Source: Candidatus Zixiibacteriota bacterium (GTDB taxonomy: Bacteria; Zixibacteria; MSB-5A5; RBG-16-43-9). From it: DNA of 63,202 nucleotides. Location: positions 1 through 63,202 of the forward strand of contig JAUYBY010000078.1 in the NCBI GenBank assembly GCA_030692925.1, written 5' to 3'. Of the stretch, positions 9,414 through 19,042 are shown piece by piece. The translations under genes were made by a program, and so were the position numbers. Under the pieces are notes generated by a model. That model was not told the DNA's origin, ran no database searches, and saw nothing but the letters and a program-made list of their open reading frames with translations. How positions within the stretch are numbered: position 1 is the stretch's first letter; each line of letters starts with the position of its first letter.

Positions 9414-9920
9414 TTATTTATTCCTGGACATCTGGAAGAGGAGCTTGTCCAGACCTCTTTTGAGTTTTACGAAGATCTCATCCATCCCTATGGAAACCAC
9501 TTTGGTCTTTGCCAGAATCGGCATGAAGTTGGTGTCTCCATTCCAACGGGGAACTACGTGAATATGCAGGTGACTTGCTACACCCGCACCTGAGACCCTG
9601 CCTAAATTCAATCCTAAGTTCAGTCCCTGCGGTTTTAAGGCGGATTTAAGGGTCTTAATGGCAAGCTGCGTAGTCTTCATCAGGTCCTTCAGCTCAGATT
9701 CGTTGAGGTTTTCAAGTTTTCCCGTATGTCGGTTGGTGCAGACCATCAGATGCCCGGGATTATAGGGAAAGCGGTTCATAATCACAAAAGACTTTTCCCC
9801 CCGGAAAAGGATAAGATTCTTCCTGTCCTTGTTCTCCTTCAGCCTTTTACAGAAAATGCAACCCTTTTCTTTTTTACTTGAGATGAATTTACTTCGCCAG
9901 GGCGCCCAGAGTTTTTCCAT
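9414..9920 (-). CDS. HIT-family hydrolase (Ap4A hydrolase/phosphorylase-like)
   Basis: LWAPWR, CIFC, NRFPYNPGHLMV, HLHIHVVPRWNGDTNFM. Confidence 0.92.
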   Translation of the reverse strand: MEKLWAPWRSKFISSKKEKGCIFCKRLKENKDRKNLILFRGEKSFVIMNRFPYNPGHLMVCTNRHTGKLENLNESELKDLMKTTQLAIKTLKSALKPQGLNLGLNLGRVSGAGVASHLHIHVVPRWNGDTNFMPILAKTKVVSIGMDEIFVKLKRGLDKLLFQMSRNK

Positions 9921-10069
9921 AATATAAAAGGAATTTAGACCTTCAAAATTTAGACTAATATACTATGCCGGAAATCAGATTTCAAGATTTTTTGTAGAAA
10001 TTTTGGGACAAAGGAAAATATTTATATGGGAATGTAGGGGTAATTCAGGAATTACCCCTATAACTATTA

Positions 10070-10137
10070 GTCATTGCGAGGAGGTCCTTTGACCGACGAA
10101 GCCCAGATGGGCTTCGTCCAGATGGACTCGCAATGAC
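10070..10137. repeat. GTCATTGCGAG...CTCGCAATGAC long inverted-repeat element
   Basis: terminal inverted repeats; other copies at 63078-63165 and a half copy at ~23216-23257. Confidence 0.8.
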
Positions 10138-10384
10138 AGCATCATGATTATTATGAAAAAACGCAAGAGCGAGCTTTTGCACTCCAAACCCGGGTGGCAC
10201 CCTCAAACTTGTTTGAGGGTGATGCAGTCGCGGATTTTCCCTACTGTTCCTTACTTTTCCATTTTTGCTTTTCCGTCTTACATCTCCCATCTTACGTCTT
10301 CTTTCTTCCATTTTCTATTTTATGGACAAGCATCTTCACCTCTGCCAATCGCTGAATAAACACCTCTCTTTGGAAAAAAAATAT

Positions 10385-10412
10385 TTGACAACGCGGGAAA
10401 AAGGTATAAATT
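10385..10412 (+). promoter_or_regulatory. putative sigma70 promoter of the HNH-trpS...rpsA operon
   Basis: TTGACA-N16-TAAATT. Confidence 0.5.
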
Positions 10413-10535
10413 AAACAAAATGCAGGTGAAGCTCTCACGTAGCGGAGGTTTTAGACCTCCGCCTTGCTGGAGTCGCGTAGCAGTCCGCCTCAGGCGGATC
10501 AAACCTCTGCTGGTGAGGAGTGATGTTTACAAGGT

Positions 10536-11048
10536 ATGAGTAGACTTTCAGGAAACGTATTGGTCTTAAATCAAAATTACGAGCCTCTTTCGGTTTGTAG
10601 CGTAAAAAGGGCAGTGATTATGCTTTTTTTGGGTAAGGCTGAGCTGATTGAGAAAAACGATGGCGAGACTATCCGCTCGGTCAGGCTGTGTATACCCCTC
10701 CCCAGCGTGGTTCGACTGGGATTCTATATCAAAGTCCCGCCCAAAAGGGTTCTGCTTTCCAGAAAGAACATCATCAAACGGGATGGACACCGCTGTCAAT
10801 ATTGCAGTGCTACTCATCTACCTATGACTGTGGACCACGTCATCCCTAAGCTCTATGGAGGTAAGGACTCCTGGGAGAACTTAGTCTGTGCCTGCATCAA
10901 ATGTAATAACATCAAGGGGAACCAAACTCCGGAACAGGCGGGCTTAAAGCTATTAAAAAAGCTGCGCACTCCTAATCATATAACCTTTCTCCAGCGATTT
11001 GTGGGGATCTCAGATGATCGCTGGAAACAGTATCTTTTTCTGGAATAG
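10536..11048 (+). CDS. HNH endonuclease (McrA-like, short chromosomal type)
   Basis: VLVLNQNYEPL, RDGHRCQYC, TVDHVIP..GG.DSWENLVCAC..CN..KG. Confidence 0.92.
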   Translation: MSRLSGNVLVLNQNYEPLSVCSVKRAVIMLFLGKAELIEKNDGETIRSVRLCIPLPSVVRLGFYIKVPPKRVLLSRKNIIKRDGHRCQYCSATHLPMTVDHVIPKLYGGKDSWENLVCACIKCNNIKGNQTPEQAGLKLLKKLRTPNHITFLQRFVGISDDRWKQYLFLE

Positions 11049-11063
11049 AATATATAGAGGACA

Positions 11064-12035
11064 ATGAAGAAGACGATATTATCAGGAATGCAGCCAACCG
11101 GAAGATTGCATCTGGGCAATTTGGAAGGTGCTCTGAAAAACTGGGTGGCTCTGCAAAACGATTACGAGATGTATTGCTGTATAGTCGACTGGCACTCACT
11201 GACCTCCGATTATGAAGATACCTCAACTCTGCAGGAGAAAATCAAAGAGGTATCTTTGGACTACCTGTCAGCCGGATTAGACCCGAATAAATGCGCTATT
11301 TTCGTTCAGTCTCAGGTTAAAGAGCACGCGGAACTGCATCTTCTTTTCTCTATGATAACACCGGTGGCCCGTTTAGCCAGGGTTCCTTCATATAAGGAGA
11401 AAAGGAAAGAGCTGGGCCTGGATAGTTACGGATTTTTAGGATACCCTTTACTTCAGGCGGCAGATATCTTAATTTATAAAGCCGACTATGTGCCAGTTGG
11501 AAAAGACCAGTTGCCTCATATTGAGCTTGCCAGGGAAGTTGCCAGAAAATTCAATACCCTTTATGGCCAGGTTTTTCCTGAGCCGGAAGCGCTGTTGACC
11601 AAATTCCCTGTCATTCCCGGAATAGACGGTAGAAAGATGAGCAAGTCGTACAATAACGACATTGCCATAGCTGATACTGCTGAAGAGACCACCAAAAAGG
11701 TATCTGTGATGTTCACTGACCCTCAGAAGATTCATAAAAACGATCCGGGCAGGCCTGACCTTTGTCCCGTCTTTCACCTGCATAAGATTTATACTGAGAA
11801 CTATCAGGAGGTTCACACTCTTTGCTCCACTGGGAAATTGGGCTGTGTCGAGGATAAAAAGAATCTGGCCAGGAATCTGAACCAAAAGCTGAAAGATATC
11901 AGGGAGAAAAGGAAAGAACTGGAAAAAAATCCGGAAAAGCTCTGGAAAGTGTTAGACCAAGGTGCTCAAAAAGCCAGGGCTAAAGCTGGACAAACCATGC
12001 AGGATGTGAGGAAAGCAATGAGGTTAATCCAATGA
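11064..12035 (+). CDS. trpS: tryptophan--tRNA ligase
   Basis: SGMQPTG.LHLGN (HIGH), YPLLQAADIL, VPVGKDQ, KMSKS. Confidence 0.97.
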   Translation: MKKTILSGMQPTGRLHLGNLEGALKNWVALQNDYEMYCCIVDWHSLTSDYEDTSTLQEKIKEVSLDYLSAGLDPNKCAIFVQSQVKEHAELHLLFSMITPVARLARVPSYKEKRKELGLDSYGFLGYPLLQAADILIYKADYVPVGKDQLPHIELAREVARKFNTLYGQVFPEPEALLTKFPVIPGIDGRKMSKSYNNDIAIADTAEETTKKVSVMFTDPQKIHKNDPGRPDLCPVFHLHKIYTENYQEVHTLCSTGKLGCVEDKKNLARNLNQKLKDIREKRKELEKNPEKLWKVLDQGAQKARAKAGQTMQDVRKAMRLIQ

Positions 12036-12784
12036 TCTTTCCGCTGGAGATAGAACAGCAGATCGAAAAGAAAGTCCCTTTTCCGGTTAAATTGGATATC
12101 TTCGAGGGACCTTTAGACCTGCTTCTTTACCTGATAAAGAAAAATGAAATAGACATCTACGACATCCCGATTGCCCTGATCACCAGACAGTATCTGGAAT
12201 ATATCCAGCTTATGCAGAAGCTGGATCTGGATTTGGCCAGCGAGTTTATCCTTATGGCTTCAAATCTTATCCGCATAAAAATAAAACTGCTTTTGCCGCG
12301 GGATGAAAACGAGGAACCAGAAGAGGATCCAAGAGAAGAACTGATAGTGGCTCTTTTAGAGTATAGGAAGTATAAAGAGGCAGCCCAGACCTTGCAGAGA
12401 AGGGAGGAAGAGGAAAAGGTATTCTATCCCCGGTCTGATTTCTCATTTATCGAATCAAAGGACCGGGTCGAGTTCCTGCGCGAAGCAAACCTTTTTGACC
12501 TGCTTGTGGCTTTCAAAAAAGTTCTGGATAACCAGCCCAAAGTAACATCGCATACCATAAATTTCCAGAAGGTGGATTTAGAGGAAAGGATTCAATATAT
12601 TCTGGACTTTCTGGCTGACAAAGACAAGATCAGTTTTGAGGAGCTGTTTGCGGATAACCCGGTGCGTCTGATCCTGGTGGTTACTTTTATGGCAATTCTG
12701 GAGTTAATCCGCATCCGGGAGATCAGGATTATGCAGAGAGGACATTTTTCCAGAATATTTATCTACAGAAACAAAAAAGGATAA
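12032..12784 (+). CDS. scpA: segregation and condensation protein A (kleisin)
   Basis: FEGPLDLLLYLI, DPREEL, VTFMAILEL. Confidence 0.95.
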   Translation: MIFPLEIEQQIEKKVPFPVKLDIFEGPLDLLLYLIKKNEIDIYDIPIALITRQYLEYIQLMQKLDLDLASEFILMASNLIRIKIKLLLPRDENEEPEEDPREELIVALLEYRKYKEAAQTLQRREEEEKVFYPRSDFSFIESKDRVEFLREANLFDLLVAFKKVLDNQPKVTSHTINFQKVDLEERIQYILDFLADKDKISFEELFADNPVRLILVVTFMAILELIRIREIRIMQRGHFSRIFIYRNKKG

Positions 12785-12788
12785 GAAA

Positions 12789-13445
12789 TTGTCAGGTGAG
12801 CTGAATTATCATTTAGTGGTTGAATCTTTGCTTTTTGCCTCAGATATTCCTTTGCCTTTGAGCAAATTGAAAGCGGTTTTAGACGAGCTTTCAGTGGAGG
12901 AGATAAAATCGATCATCCAGGAACTGAACCAGAAATACCGGGAAAATAATCACAGCTTCGCTATCCGGGAAATTGCCGAAGGTTACCAGATGTATACCCT
13001 GCCTGAATACTCACCCTATATAGACCAGCTCTATACCCTGAGAAGAGCACAGAGACTTTCCCAGGCAGGACTGGAAACCTTAGCCGTTATCGCTTACCGT
13101 CAGCCAGTGGTAAAATCGGTGGTGGACCATATAAGGGGCGTTGATTCCGGAGGAGTGCTGCACACCCTTTTAGAGAGGAAACTTATCACTATTCTGGGAC
13201 GGGAGGAAGGCGTGGGGCATCCTTTGATCTACGGGACCACTCCGGAGTTTCTGGTCTATTTCGGGCTTAAAGACTTAAAGGACCTCCCCAAAATAGAAGA
13301 GCTGGAAGCCTTGCTCCAGACAAGGGAAAAAGAGAGAACTGCTGCCTTTTCATCCGGGGAGGTAGGTGAAAATATTAACGATTCAAACCTGCAGGGAAGT
13401 CTGACAACCAAGCTCCCTCCTGAAGGGATCGAAGAAAATCTCTAA
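12789..13445 (+). CDS. scpB: segregation and condensation protein B
   Basis: ESLLFAS, LSQAGLETLAVIAYRQPV, IRGVDS, YGTTPEFL.YFGL..L.DLP; TTG start. Confidence 0.95.
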   Translation: MSGELNYHLVVESLLFASDIPLPLSKLKAVLDELSVEEIKSIIQELNQKYRENNHSFAIREIAEGYQMYTLPEYSPYIDQLYTLRRAQRLSQAGLETLAVIAYRQPVVKSVVDHIRGVDSGGVLHTLLERKLITILGREEGVGHPLIYGTTPEFLVYFGLKDLKDLPKIEELEALLQTREKERTAAFSSGEVGENINDSNLQGSLTTKLPPEGIEENL

Positions 13446-13524
13446 AACAACGTTCGTTAGATTAAAAATTTCAGCTCCGAATTTTGAAGTAGAGAACGAT
13501 TTATTAAGGTGATTTATTTTACAG

Positions 13525-14232
13525 ATGAGAAAACAGGTCATAGCCATAGATGGTCCAGCCAGTTCCGGGAAAAGCACCACTGCTAAACTGGTAGCCAGAA
13601 GGTTGGGATTTGTCTATCTGGATACTGGAGCGATGTATAGAGCGATCACCTTAAAAGCATTGAGAAAAGGCATAAATCCGCAGGATGAAAAAGAGCTGAC
13701 CGAAATTGCGCGTAATTCAAAATTAGACTTAATAGATGAAAAAGGAACAAATAAGGTATTTCTGGATGAAGAGGATGTCACTGAATTAATCAGAGAACCC
13801 AGGATAAATAGAGCCGTATCCTTAGTGTCGGTGCACAAAGGAGTAAGAATCGCGCTGGTATCCAAACAGAAAGAGTTAGGTAAAAAACACAATTTAGTAG
13901 CTGAAGGAAGGGACACCACCACCGTAGTATTTCCGGATGCCACTCTGAAAGTTTATCTGGACTGCGACATAAAAGAGAGAGCTAAAAGGAGAATGCTCGA
14001 ATTCAAAGGAAAAGGAATAAATACCACTCTGGAGGAACAGGGAAAAGAGCTTTCCAGAAGAGATAAAATCGATTCTGAAAGAGAGGCAAGCCCGTTGAAG
14101 AAAGACCCTGGGGCTATAATGGTCGATACTACCAATCTTACCATCCAGGAACAGGCGGAAAAAATCGTTCAGTTGTATGAAAAAAGCAAAAAAGATGAGA
14201 TTTCATTATCGAGCAGCCGTGGCCATGATTAA
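13525..14232 (+). CDS. cmk: cytidylate kinase
   Basis: IAIDGPASSGKST, YLDTGAMYRA, EGRD..TVVFP. Confidence 0.96.
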   Translation: MRKQVIAIDGPASSGKSTTAKLVARRLGFVYLDTGAMYRAITLKALRKGINPQDEKELTEIARNSKLDLIDEKGTNKVFLDEEDVTELIREPRINRAVSLVSVHKGVRIALVSKQKELGKKHNLVAEGRDTTTVVFPDATLKVYLDCDIKERAKRRMLEFKGKGINTTLEEQGKELSRRDKIDSEREASPLKKDPGAIMVDTTNLTIQEQAEKIVQLYEKSKKDEISLSSSRGHD

Positions 14233-14815
14233 CTTGCTGGTCGGGATTTTGCGTGGAATGGAAGAACAAGGGAGTGAGCATATTCCGGCACAAGGAGCAG
14301 TCTTGATAGCTGCCAATCATATAGCCTATTTTGATCCCCCCCTGATTGGAAGCGCCAGCCCCAGGGAGCTTTACTATATGGCAAAAAAAGAGCTTTTTGA
14401 GAACTCTTTATTCGGCTGGCTAATAAGCAAATTCAATGCTTTTCCAATCTCCAGAGGAAGTTTTGACCGGGAGGGAATAAAAAAAGCAACTGATGTGTTG
14501 AGAGAGGGAAACGCCCTCTTGGTCTTCCCTGAAGGCACCCGGAGTAAAGATGGAAACTTGAAAGAGCCTAAATTAGGTGCGGCTAAATTAGCCCTGGACA
14601 CCCGGGTACCGATCGTTCCAGCCTATCTGGATTATTCCACAAACTGGCTTAAGGCTTTTTTCCAGAGAAAAAAAATTAAAATCAAATTCGGTTCCCCCAT
14701 AAAACCAGAAGAGTTTGATGGTATACCCAAAAATAAGGAGGGGTATCTACGTATTACCCGGCAGATTTTTGAGAGGATAAAGGATTTGAAAGAAGATGGT
14801 AAGGTGACAGCTTGA
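14195..14815 (+). CDS. plsC: 1-acyl-sn-glycerol-3-phosphate acyltransferase
   Basis: NH.AYFDP, AKKELF, FPEGTRS motifs; start at 14195 or 14177. Confidence 0.88.
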   Translation: MRFHYRAAVAMINLLVGILRGMEEQGSEHIPAQGAVLIAANHIAYFDPPLIGSASPRELYYMAKKELFENSLFGWLISKFNAFPISRGSFDREGIKKATDVLREGNALLVFPEGTRSKDGNLKEPKLGAAKLALDTRVPIVPAYLDYSTNWLKAFFQRKKIKIKFGSPIKPEEFDGIPKNKEGYLRITRQIFERIKDLKEDGKVTA

Positions 14816-15654
14816 AGATGAAGATTTTTGTGGTAAAAAATGCAGGTTTTTGTTTTGGAGTCAAAAGAGCGATAAATCTGGCATTTGAGAAAGCTAAGAA
14901 GACGGGGAAAAAGGTCTACACCTTTGGTCCCTTGATTCATAACCCTCAGGTGGTGGAGGAGCTGAGAAGAGAAGGTGTGTACCCGGTTCAAAATTTGAAG
15001 AAAATTAAATCTGGGACACTGATCATCCGCTCCCACGGAGTGCACCCCCGGATTTTACTGGAGGCGAAAAAGAAAGGGTTGAAAATAATCGATGCCACCT
15101 GTCCTTTTGTGAGGCGTGCTCAGAGGAATGCCCGGGCTTTGCATAAGGAAGGTTATCAGGTGGTGGTGGTGGGAGAAGCTCATCATCCGGAGGTTCAGGG
15201 GATAATAGGATATGCTGATGATCAGGCAAAGGTTATAAATAGTAATACCAGGGAGCTTGATTTTCTCAGAGGAAAAAGGATCGGGGTAATAGCTCAAACC
15301 ACTTTAAATCTGGATACGTTTAAACAGGTTACAGGCAAGCTGCTGGAGAAGGCGAAGGAGATAAAAATTTTCAATACGATATGTAACGCTACCGCTATTG
15401 CCCAGAAAGCTACTCTGGAAATGGCAAAAGACGTGAACTTGATGATTGTGGTTGGCGGGAAGAACTCAGCCAACACCTCCCGCTTAGCCAAGCTCTGCCG
15501 GGAAAAGGGGAAAACGACTTATCATATAGAGACTGCTTCGGAACTGAAAAGCAGATGGTTTAAGGGAATAAGAAGTATAGGGGTTACAGGAGGAACCTCA
15601 ACCCCTAACTGGATTATTAATCAGGTGGTGGAAAAGATTAGAGATTTGACTTAG
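14812..15654 (+). CDS. ispH: 4-hydroxy-3-methylbut-2-enyl diphosphate reductase
   Basis: AGFCFGVKRA, IHNPQVV, DATCPFV, HPEV, TICNAT, SANT. Confidence 0.96.
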   Translation: MKMKIFVVKNAGFCFGVKRAINLAFEKAKKTGKKVYTFGPLIHNPQVVEELRREGVYPVQNLKKIKSGTLIIRSHGVHPRILLEAKKKGLKIIDATCPFVRRAQRNARALHKEGYQVVVVGEAHHPEVQGIIGYADDQAKVINSNTRELDFLRGKRIGVIAQTTLNLDTFKQVTGKLLEKAKEIKIFNTICNATAIAQKATLEMAKDVNLMIVVGGKNSANTSRLAKLCREKGKTTYHIETASELKSRWFKGIRSIGVTGGTSTPNWIINQVVEKIRDLT

Positions 15655-15713
15655 ATTCAAAAAAGAAAAAATGTCCCGCGGGGACAAATTCCATATAAAG
15701 GAGGAACTGTTTA

Positions 15714-17705
15714 ATGGCCGAGAAGAAAAAGCCAAAAAAACCTGCAGTCTCTAAGACTGACAAAGGTAAAAAGAAAGGAGGTGTGAAAAAGCCAAAGCCC
15801 GCTGCGGTTTCCAGAAAGAAACCAAAGGCACAGGTCGAAGTTCAGGCAACAGAGCTTATTGAAAAACCAGAACTTGAGCCGGAGAGGAAAGAAAGAAGAG
15901 TAGTTAAAGAAAAAAAAGAGCCGGTAATTCAGCCCAGGTTAGAAGAGGAAAAGGAATACACGCCTGAGGAATTTCAGAAGATGCTCTCGCTGTACGAGCA
16001 GACTTTTAAGGAGGTCAAGGAAGGAGAAATAGTTAAGGGTAAGGTCTTACGGATAACCAAAGATGACGTGATAGTGGATGTCGGCTTCAAGTCAGAAGGG
16101 ATCATCCCGCTTTCAGAATTTCCAGATGCGGAGCAACTGAAGATTGGAGATGAGATCGATGTCTTCTTAGAGATAATAGAAGATCAGAACGGACAACTGG
16201 TCCTCTCCAAACAGAAAGCAGATTTCATCCGGGTCTGGGACCGGATAAGGGAGTCGTATGAGAAGGGAACTCTGGTAGAGGGAAAACTTCTCAAAAGGAT
16301 CAAAGGCGGTATTGTGGTGGACCTGATGGGGGTGGATGCCTTTTTGCCCGGTTCCCAGATTGCCTTGAAACAGGTTCCGGATTTTGATGCTCTTCTGGGA
16401 AAAAATATGCAGTTGCGCATCATAAAACTGAACAAGAGCAGGAGAAACATAGTGGTCTCCCGCAGATCGGTCTTGGAAGAGGAAAGAGAACAACAGAAGG
16501 CCAAGCTTTTGACCGAAATTGAAACCGGACAAGAAAGAGAAGGGGTGGTGAAAAACATTACCGATTTCGGCGTATTTATCGATTTAGGTGGAGTAGACGG
16601 TCTTCTGCATATTACTGACCTCTCCTGGGGTAGGGTTTCTCATCCGAGCGAGGTGGTCGCATTAGGTGATAAAATCAACGTCAAGATACTGGACTTTGAT
16701 AAATCCACTGGCAGGATCTCGCTGGGTCTAAAGCAGCTCACCCCTTATCCCTGGGATAATATCGAGCAGAGATATCCAGTAGGCAAAAGATTACGAGGAA
16801 AAGTGGTCTCGATAACCGACTATGGTGCCTTTGTGGAACTGGACAAAGGAATTGAAGGCTTGATCCATATCTCCGAGATGTCCTGGACCAAGCACATCAA
16901 GCATCCTTCCAAGCTCTTGGGAGTTGGAGATATGGTCGAAGCAGTGGTTCTTTCAGTGGATAAGGCTAATGAGAGGATCTCCCTAGGTATAAAGCAGATG
17001 GAGCCAGATCCCTGGGATGCAATTGAAAGAAAATATCCAGTAGGTTCCAAAGTGTCGGGTAAAGTGAGAAATCTGACTGCCTTTGGCGCCTTTATAGAAC
17101 TGGAGGAAGGGGTAGATGGGCTGGTCCATATCTCTGATCTTTCCTGGACCAAAAGGATTCAGCATCCGGGTGAGGTTATGAGGAAAGGCGAAAGGGTTGA
17201 GGTAGTGGTTCTGAACATCGATAAGGAAAACCGCAGGATATCTCTTGGCTACAAACAGCTAAAAGAGGATCCCTGGCCCACACTTTCCAAAAAATACAGA
17301 ATCGGGGCTGAGACCCAGGGAAAGATCATCCGTCTTCTGGATCGGGGAGTAATGGTTGACCTGGAAGGCGAGATGGAAGGTTTTGTGCCAACAGACCAGC
17401 TTGGAAAACCTGATCTGAGCAAACCCTCGGATGCTTTCTCATCCGGAGATACTGTCCCTCTTAAGGTGATCGAATTCGACCAGCCCGCCAGGAAGATAGT
17501 CCTGTCAGTCAGCGAATACTACAAGGATAGGGAAAAAGCCGAGTTAGAAGCATACCTTTCCAAACATCCGACCAAGACGGTCAAGGTGAAGGAATTAGTC
17601 GAAGAGCCGAAGATGGAGGAGCTGGAGAAAAAAATAGGGTCTACTCAGGCTGAGGAGAATAAACCCGAAACTGAAACTGCTGAAGAAGAGCCTCCTTCTC
17701 TGTAA
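15714..17705 (+). CDS. rpsA: 30S ribosomal protein S1 with Lys/Pro-rich N-terminal extension
   Basis: six S1 repeats (DFGVFIDLGGVDGLLH, YGAFVEL..GIEGLIH etc.); AAGGAGG RBS. Confidence 0.96.
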   Translation: MAEKKKPKKPAVSKTDKGKKKGGVKKPKPAAVSRKKPKAQVEVQATELIEKPELEPERKERRVVKEKKEPVIQPRLEEEKEYTPEEFQKMLSLYEQTFKEVKEGEIVKGKVLRITKDDVIVDVGFKSEGIIPLSEFPDAEQLKIGDEIDVFLEIIEDQNGQLVLSKQKADFIRVWDRIRESYEKGTLVEGKLLKRIKGGIVVDLMGVDAFLPGSQIALKQVPDFDALLGKNMQLRIIKLNKSRRNIVVSRRSVLEEEREQQKAKLLTEIETGQEREGVVKNITDFGVFIDLGGVDGLLHITDLSWGRVSHPSEVVALGDKINVKILDFDKSTGRISLGLKQLTPYPWDNIEQRYPVGKRLRGKVVSITDYGAFVELDKGIEGLIHISEMSWTKHIKHPSKLLGVGDMVEAVVLSVDKANERISLGIKQMEPDPWDAIERKYPVGSKVSGKVRNLTAFGAFIELEEGVDGLVHISDLSWTKRIQHPGEVMRKGERVEVVVLNIDKENRRISLGYKQLKEDPWPTLSKKYRIGAETQGKIIRLLDRGVMVDLEGEMEGFVPTDQLGKPDLSKPSDAFSSGDTVPLKVIEFDQPARKIVLSVSEYYKDREKAELEAYLSKHPTKTVKVKELVEEPKMEELEKKIGSTQAEENKPETETAEEEPPSL

Positions 17706-17725
17706 AGAATTAAAAAGATGTAGTT

Positions 17726-17761
17726 GTAGGGGCACGGCACGCCGTGCCCCTTTTTTATTTT
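17726..17761 (+). terminator. GTAG-type REP hairpin doubling as a probable terminator after rpsA
   Basis: GGGGCACGGC-AC-GCCGTGCCCC followed by a T-run; same repeat family at ~23311 and ~49421. Confidence 0.6.
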
Positions 17762-17965
17762 CGCAGCGCGACCCCTTTCCTGATAATGGAGACTACGTCT
17801 GGCGTCCGAAGGACGGGCTGGCTCGTAGCCACCGCAGGACAAGGTCGCTAAAGTCCGCAGGGGCGTTCAACCCTGCGAATCCATTTCCAAGATTGAACGC
17901 CCCCACATCTCTCCTGTTTAACTCTTATATTCCGCAGATTATATGGCTGAGCTTTAACAAAGACC

Positions 17966-18029
17966 TTGTGAAATTTTTTACAAACTATCTAAAAATTGGG
18001 CTTGCTAAAAAAATAAATTTTATTATTAT
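17966..18029 (+). promoter_or_regulatory. CRP/Rex-like palindromic operator plus sigma70 promoter upstream of hbd-ackA
   Basis: TTGTGAAATTTTTTACAA (17966-17983), then TTGCTA-N16-TATTAT (18002-18029). Confidence 0.6.
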
Positions 18030-18054
18030 ATTTTTTCGCTCTTTGGATTCGCGA

Positions 18055-18132
18055 TTAGGTTTTAGGTATTAGCTATTAGCTTTTTGCTACCTGCTAATGG
18101 CTATTCGTTATTAGTTATTTGTCATTCGTCAT
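18055..18132 (+). repeat. degenerate heptamer tandem repeat
   Basis: TTAGGTT TTAGGTA TTAGCTA TTAGCTT TTTGCTA ... TTCGTCA, 7-nt periodicity. Confidence 0.7.
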
Positions 18133-18150
18133 TTAGCATGTGAGGTATCT

Positions 18151-19026
18151 ATGCCAGTAAACAAAGTTGTAGTCATGGGAGCCGGGGTTATGGGAAGGGG
18201 GATTTCCGAACTAGTCTCCTCCACCGGCTGTGAGGTGGTGCTGGTGGATAAGACTGAAGAGATTTTGAAGAATAGCATGCATATCCTCTCAGAGATAATG
18301 GATAATGAGATCGAGAAATGGGGTCTGACCCGGAGTGAAAAAAAAGCCATTCTCTCCAGAATTACCCCGACAACGTCCCTGGATGAGACCTGCGATGTCA
18401 AGATCGTGATTGAATCAGTCCCCGAAAGCCTGGAGGCAAAAAAGGAAGTTTTCCAGAGTCTGGATTTGAGCTGCTCTCCCGAGACCATCATAATCACCAA
18501 TACCTCTACCCTGTCCATAACCGAGTTAGCCTCGTTCACCAAAAGACCAGATAAGGTCATTGGAATGCACTTCCTTTTTCCGGTTACCAAAGTTCCCTTA
18601 GTCGAGATCGTCAGGGGTCTGAAAACCTCTGAAGAGACCTATGATGCGATCAAAGATTTCGCGGACCAGCTGAATAAAACCCCGGTCACGGTATATGAAT
18701 ATCCCGGATACGTTACCACCCGCATAATCGTTCCTTTTCTGAATGAGGCGATGCACGTTTTGATGGAAGGAATCGCCTCAGCCGAGGATATCGATACAGC
18801 TATGCGGTTAGGGTTCGGTTTTAATATAGGTCCTTTAGCTCTGGCAGATATGATGGGTTTAGATGTGGTAATGAGCTGGATGGAAAACCTGTTAAGTGAG
18901 CTTTCTGAACACAAGTACAACCCCTGTCCTCTTCTGAGAAAACTGGTTCGAGCGGGACATCTTGGACAGAAGACCGGACAGGGATTTTTCAAATATGATG
19001 CAGAGGGAAATAGAATAAAAGAATAA
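18151..19026 (+). CDS. hbd: 3-hydroxybutyryl-CoA dehydrogenase (3-hydroxyacyl-CoA dehydrogenase family)
   Basis: GAGVMG.GI, NTSTLSITELA, GMHF, DIDTAMRLG, GPLALAD, G.KTG.GFF.Y. Confidence 0.88.
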   Translation: MPVNKVVVMGAGVMGRGISELVSSTGCEVVLVDKTEEILKNSMHILSEIMDNEIEKWGLTRSEKKAILSRITPTTSLDETCDVKIVIESVPESLEAKKEVFQSLDLSCSPETIIITNTSTLSITELASFTKRPDKVIGMHFLFPVTKVPLVEIVRGLKTSEETYDAIKDFADQLNKTPVTVYEYPGYVTTRIIVPFLNEAMHVLMEGIASAEDIDTAMRLGFGFNIGPLALADMMGLDVVMSWMENLLSELSEHKYNPCPLLRKLVRAGHLGQKTGQGFFKYDAEGNRIKE

Positions 19027-19042
19027 CTGTGAATGTCCTGTT

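Noticed and set aside
10045-10502. Short ORFs 10045-10311, 10144-10359, 10320-10502
   Set aside because: They run through palindromic repeats and promoter DNA; likely spurious
10536-11048. HNH nuclease as a defence or homing element
   Set aside because: Matches the common short chromosomal HNH family, with host-like composition and no associated methylase, intron or cas genes
17770-17910. Possible ncRNA after rpsA
   Set aside because: Composed of fragments shared with repeat elements elsewhere (e.g. GGGCTGGCTCGTAGCCAC also at ~25096); no tRNA, SRP, tmRNA or RNase P signature seen
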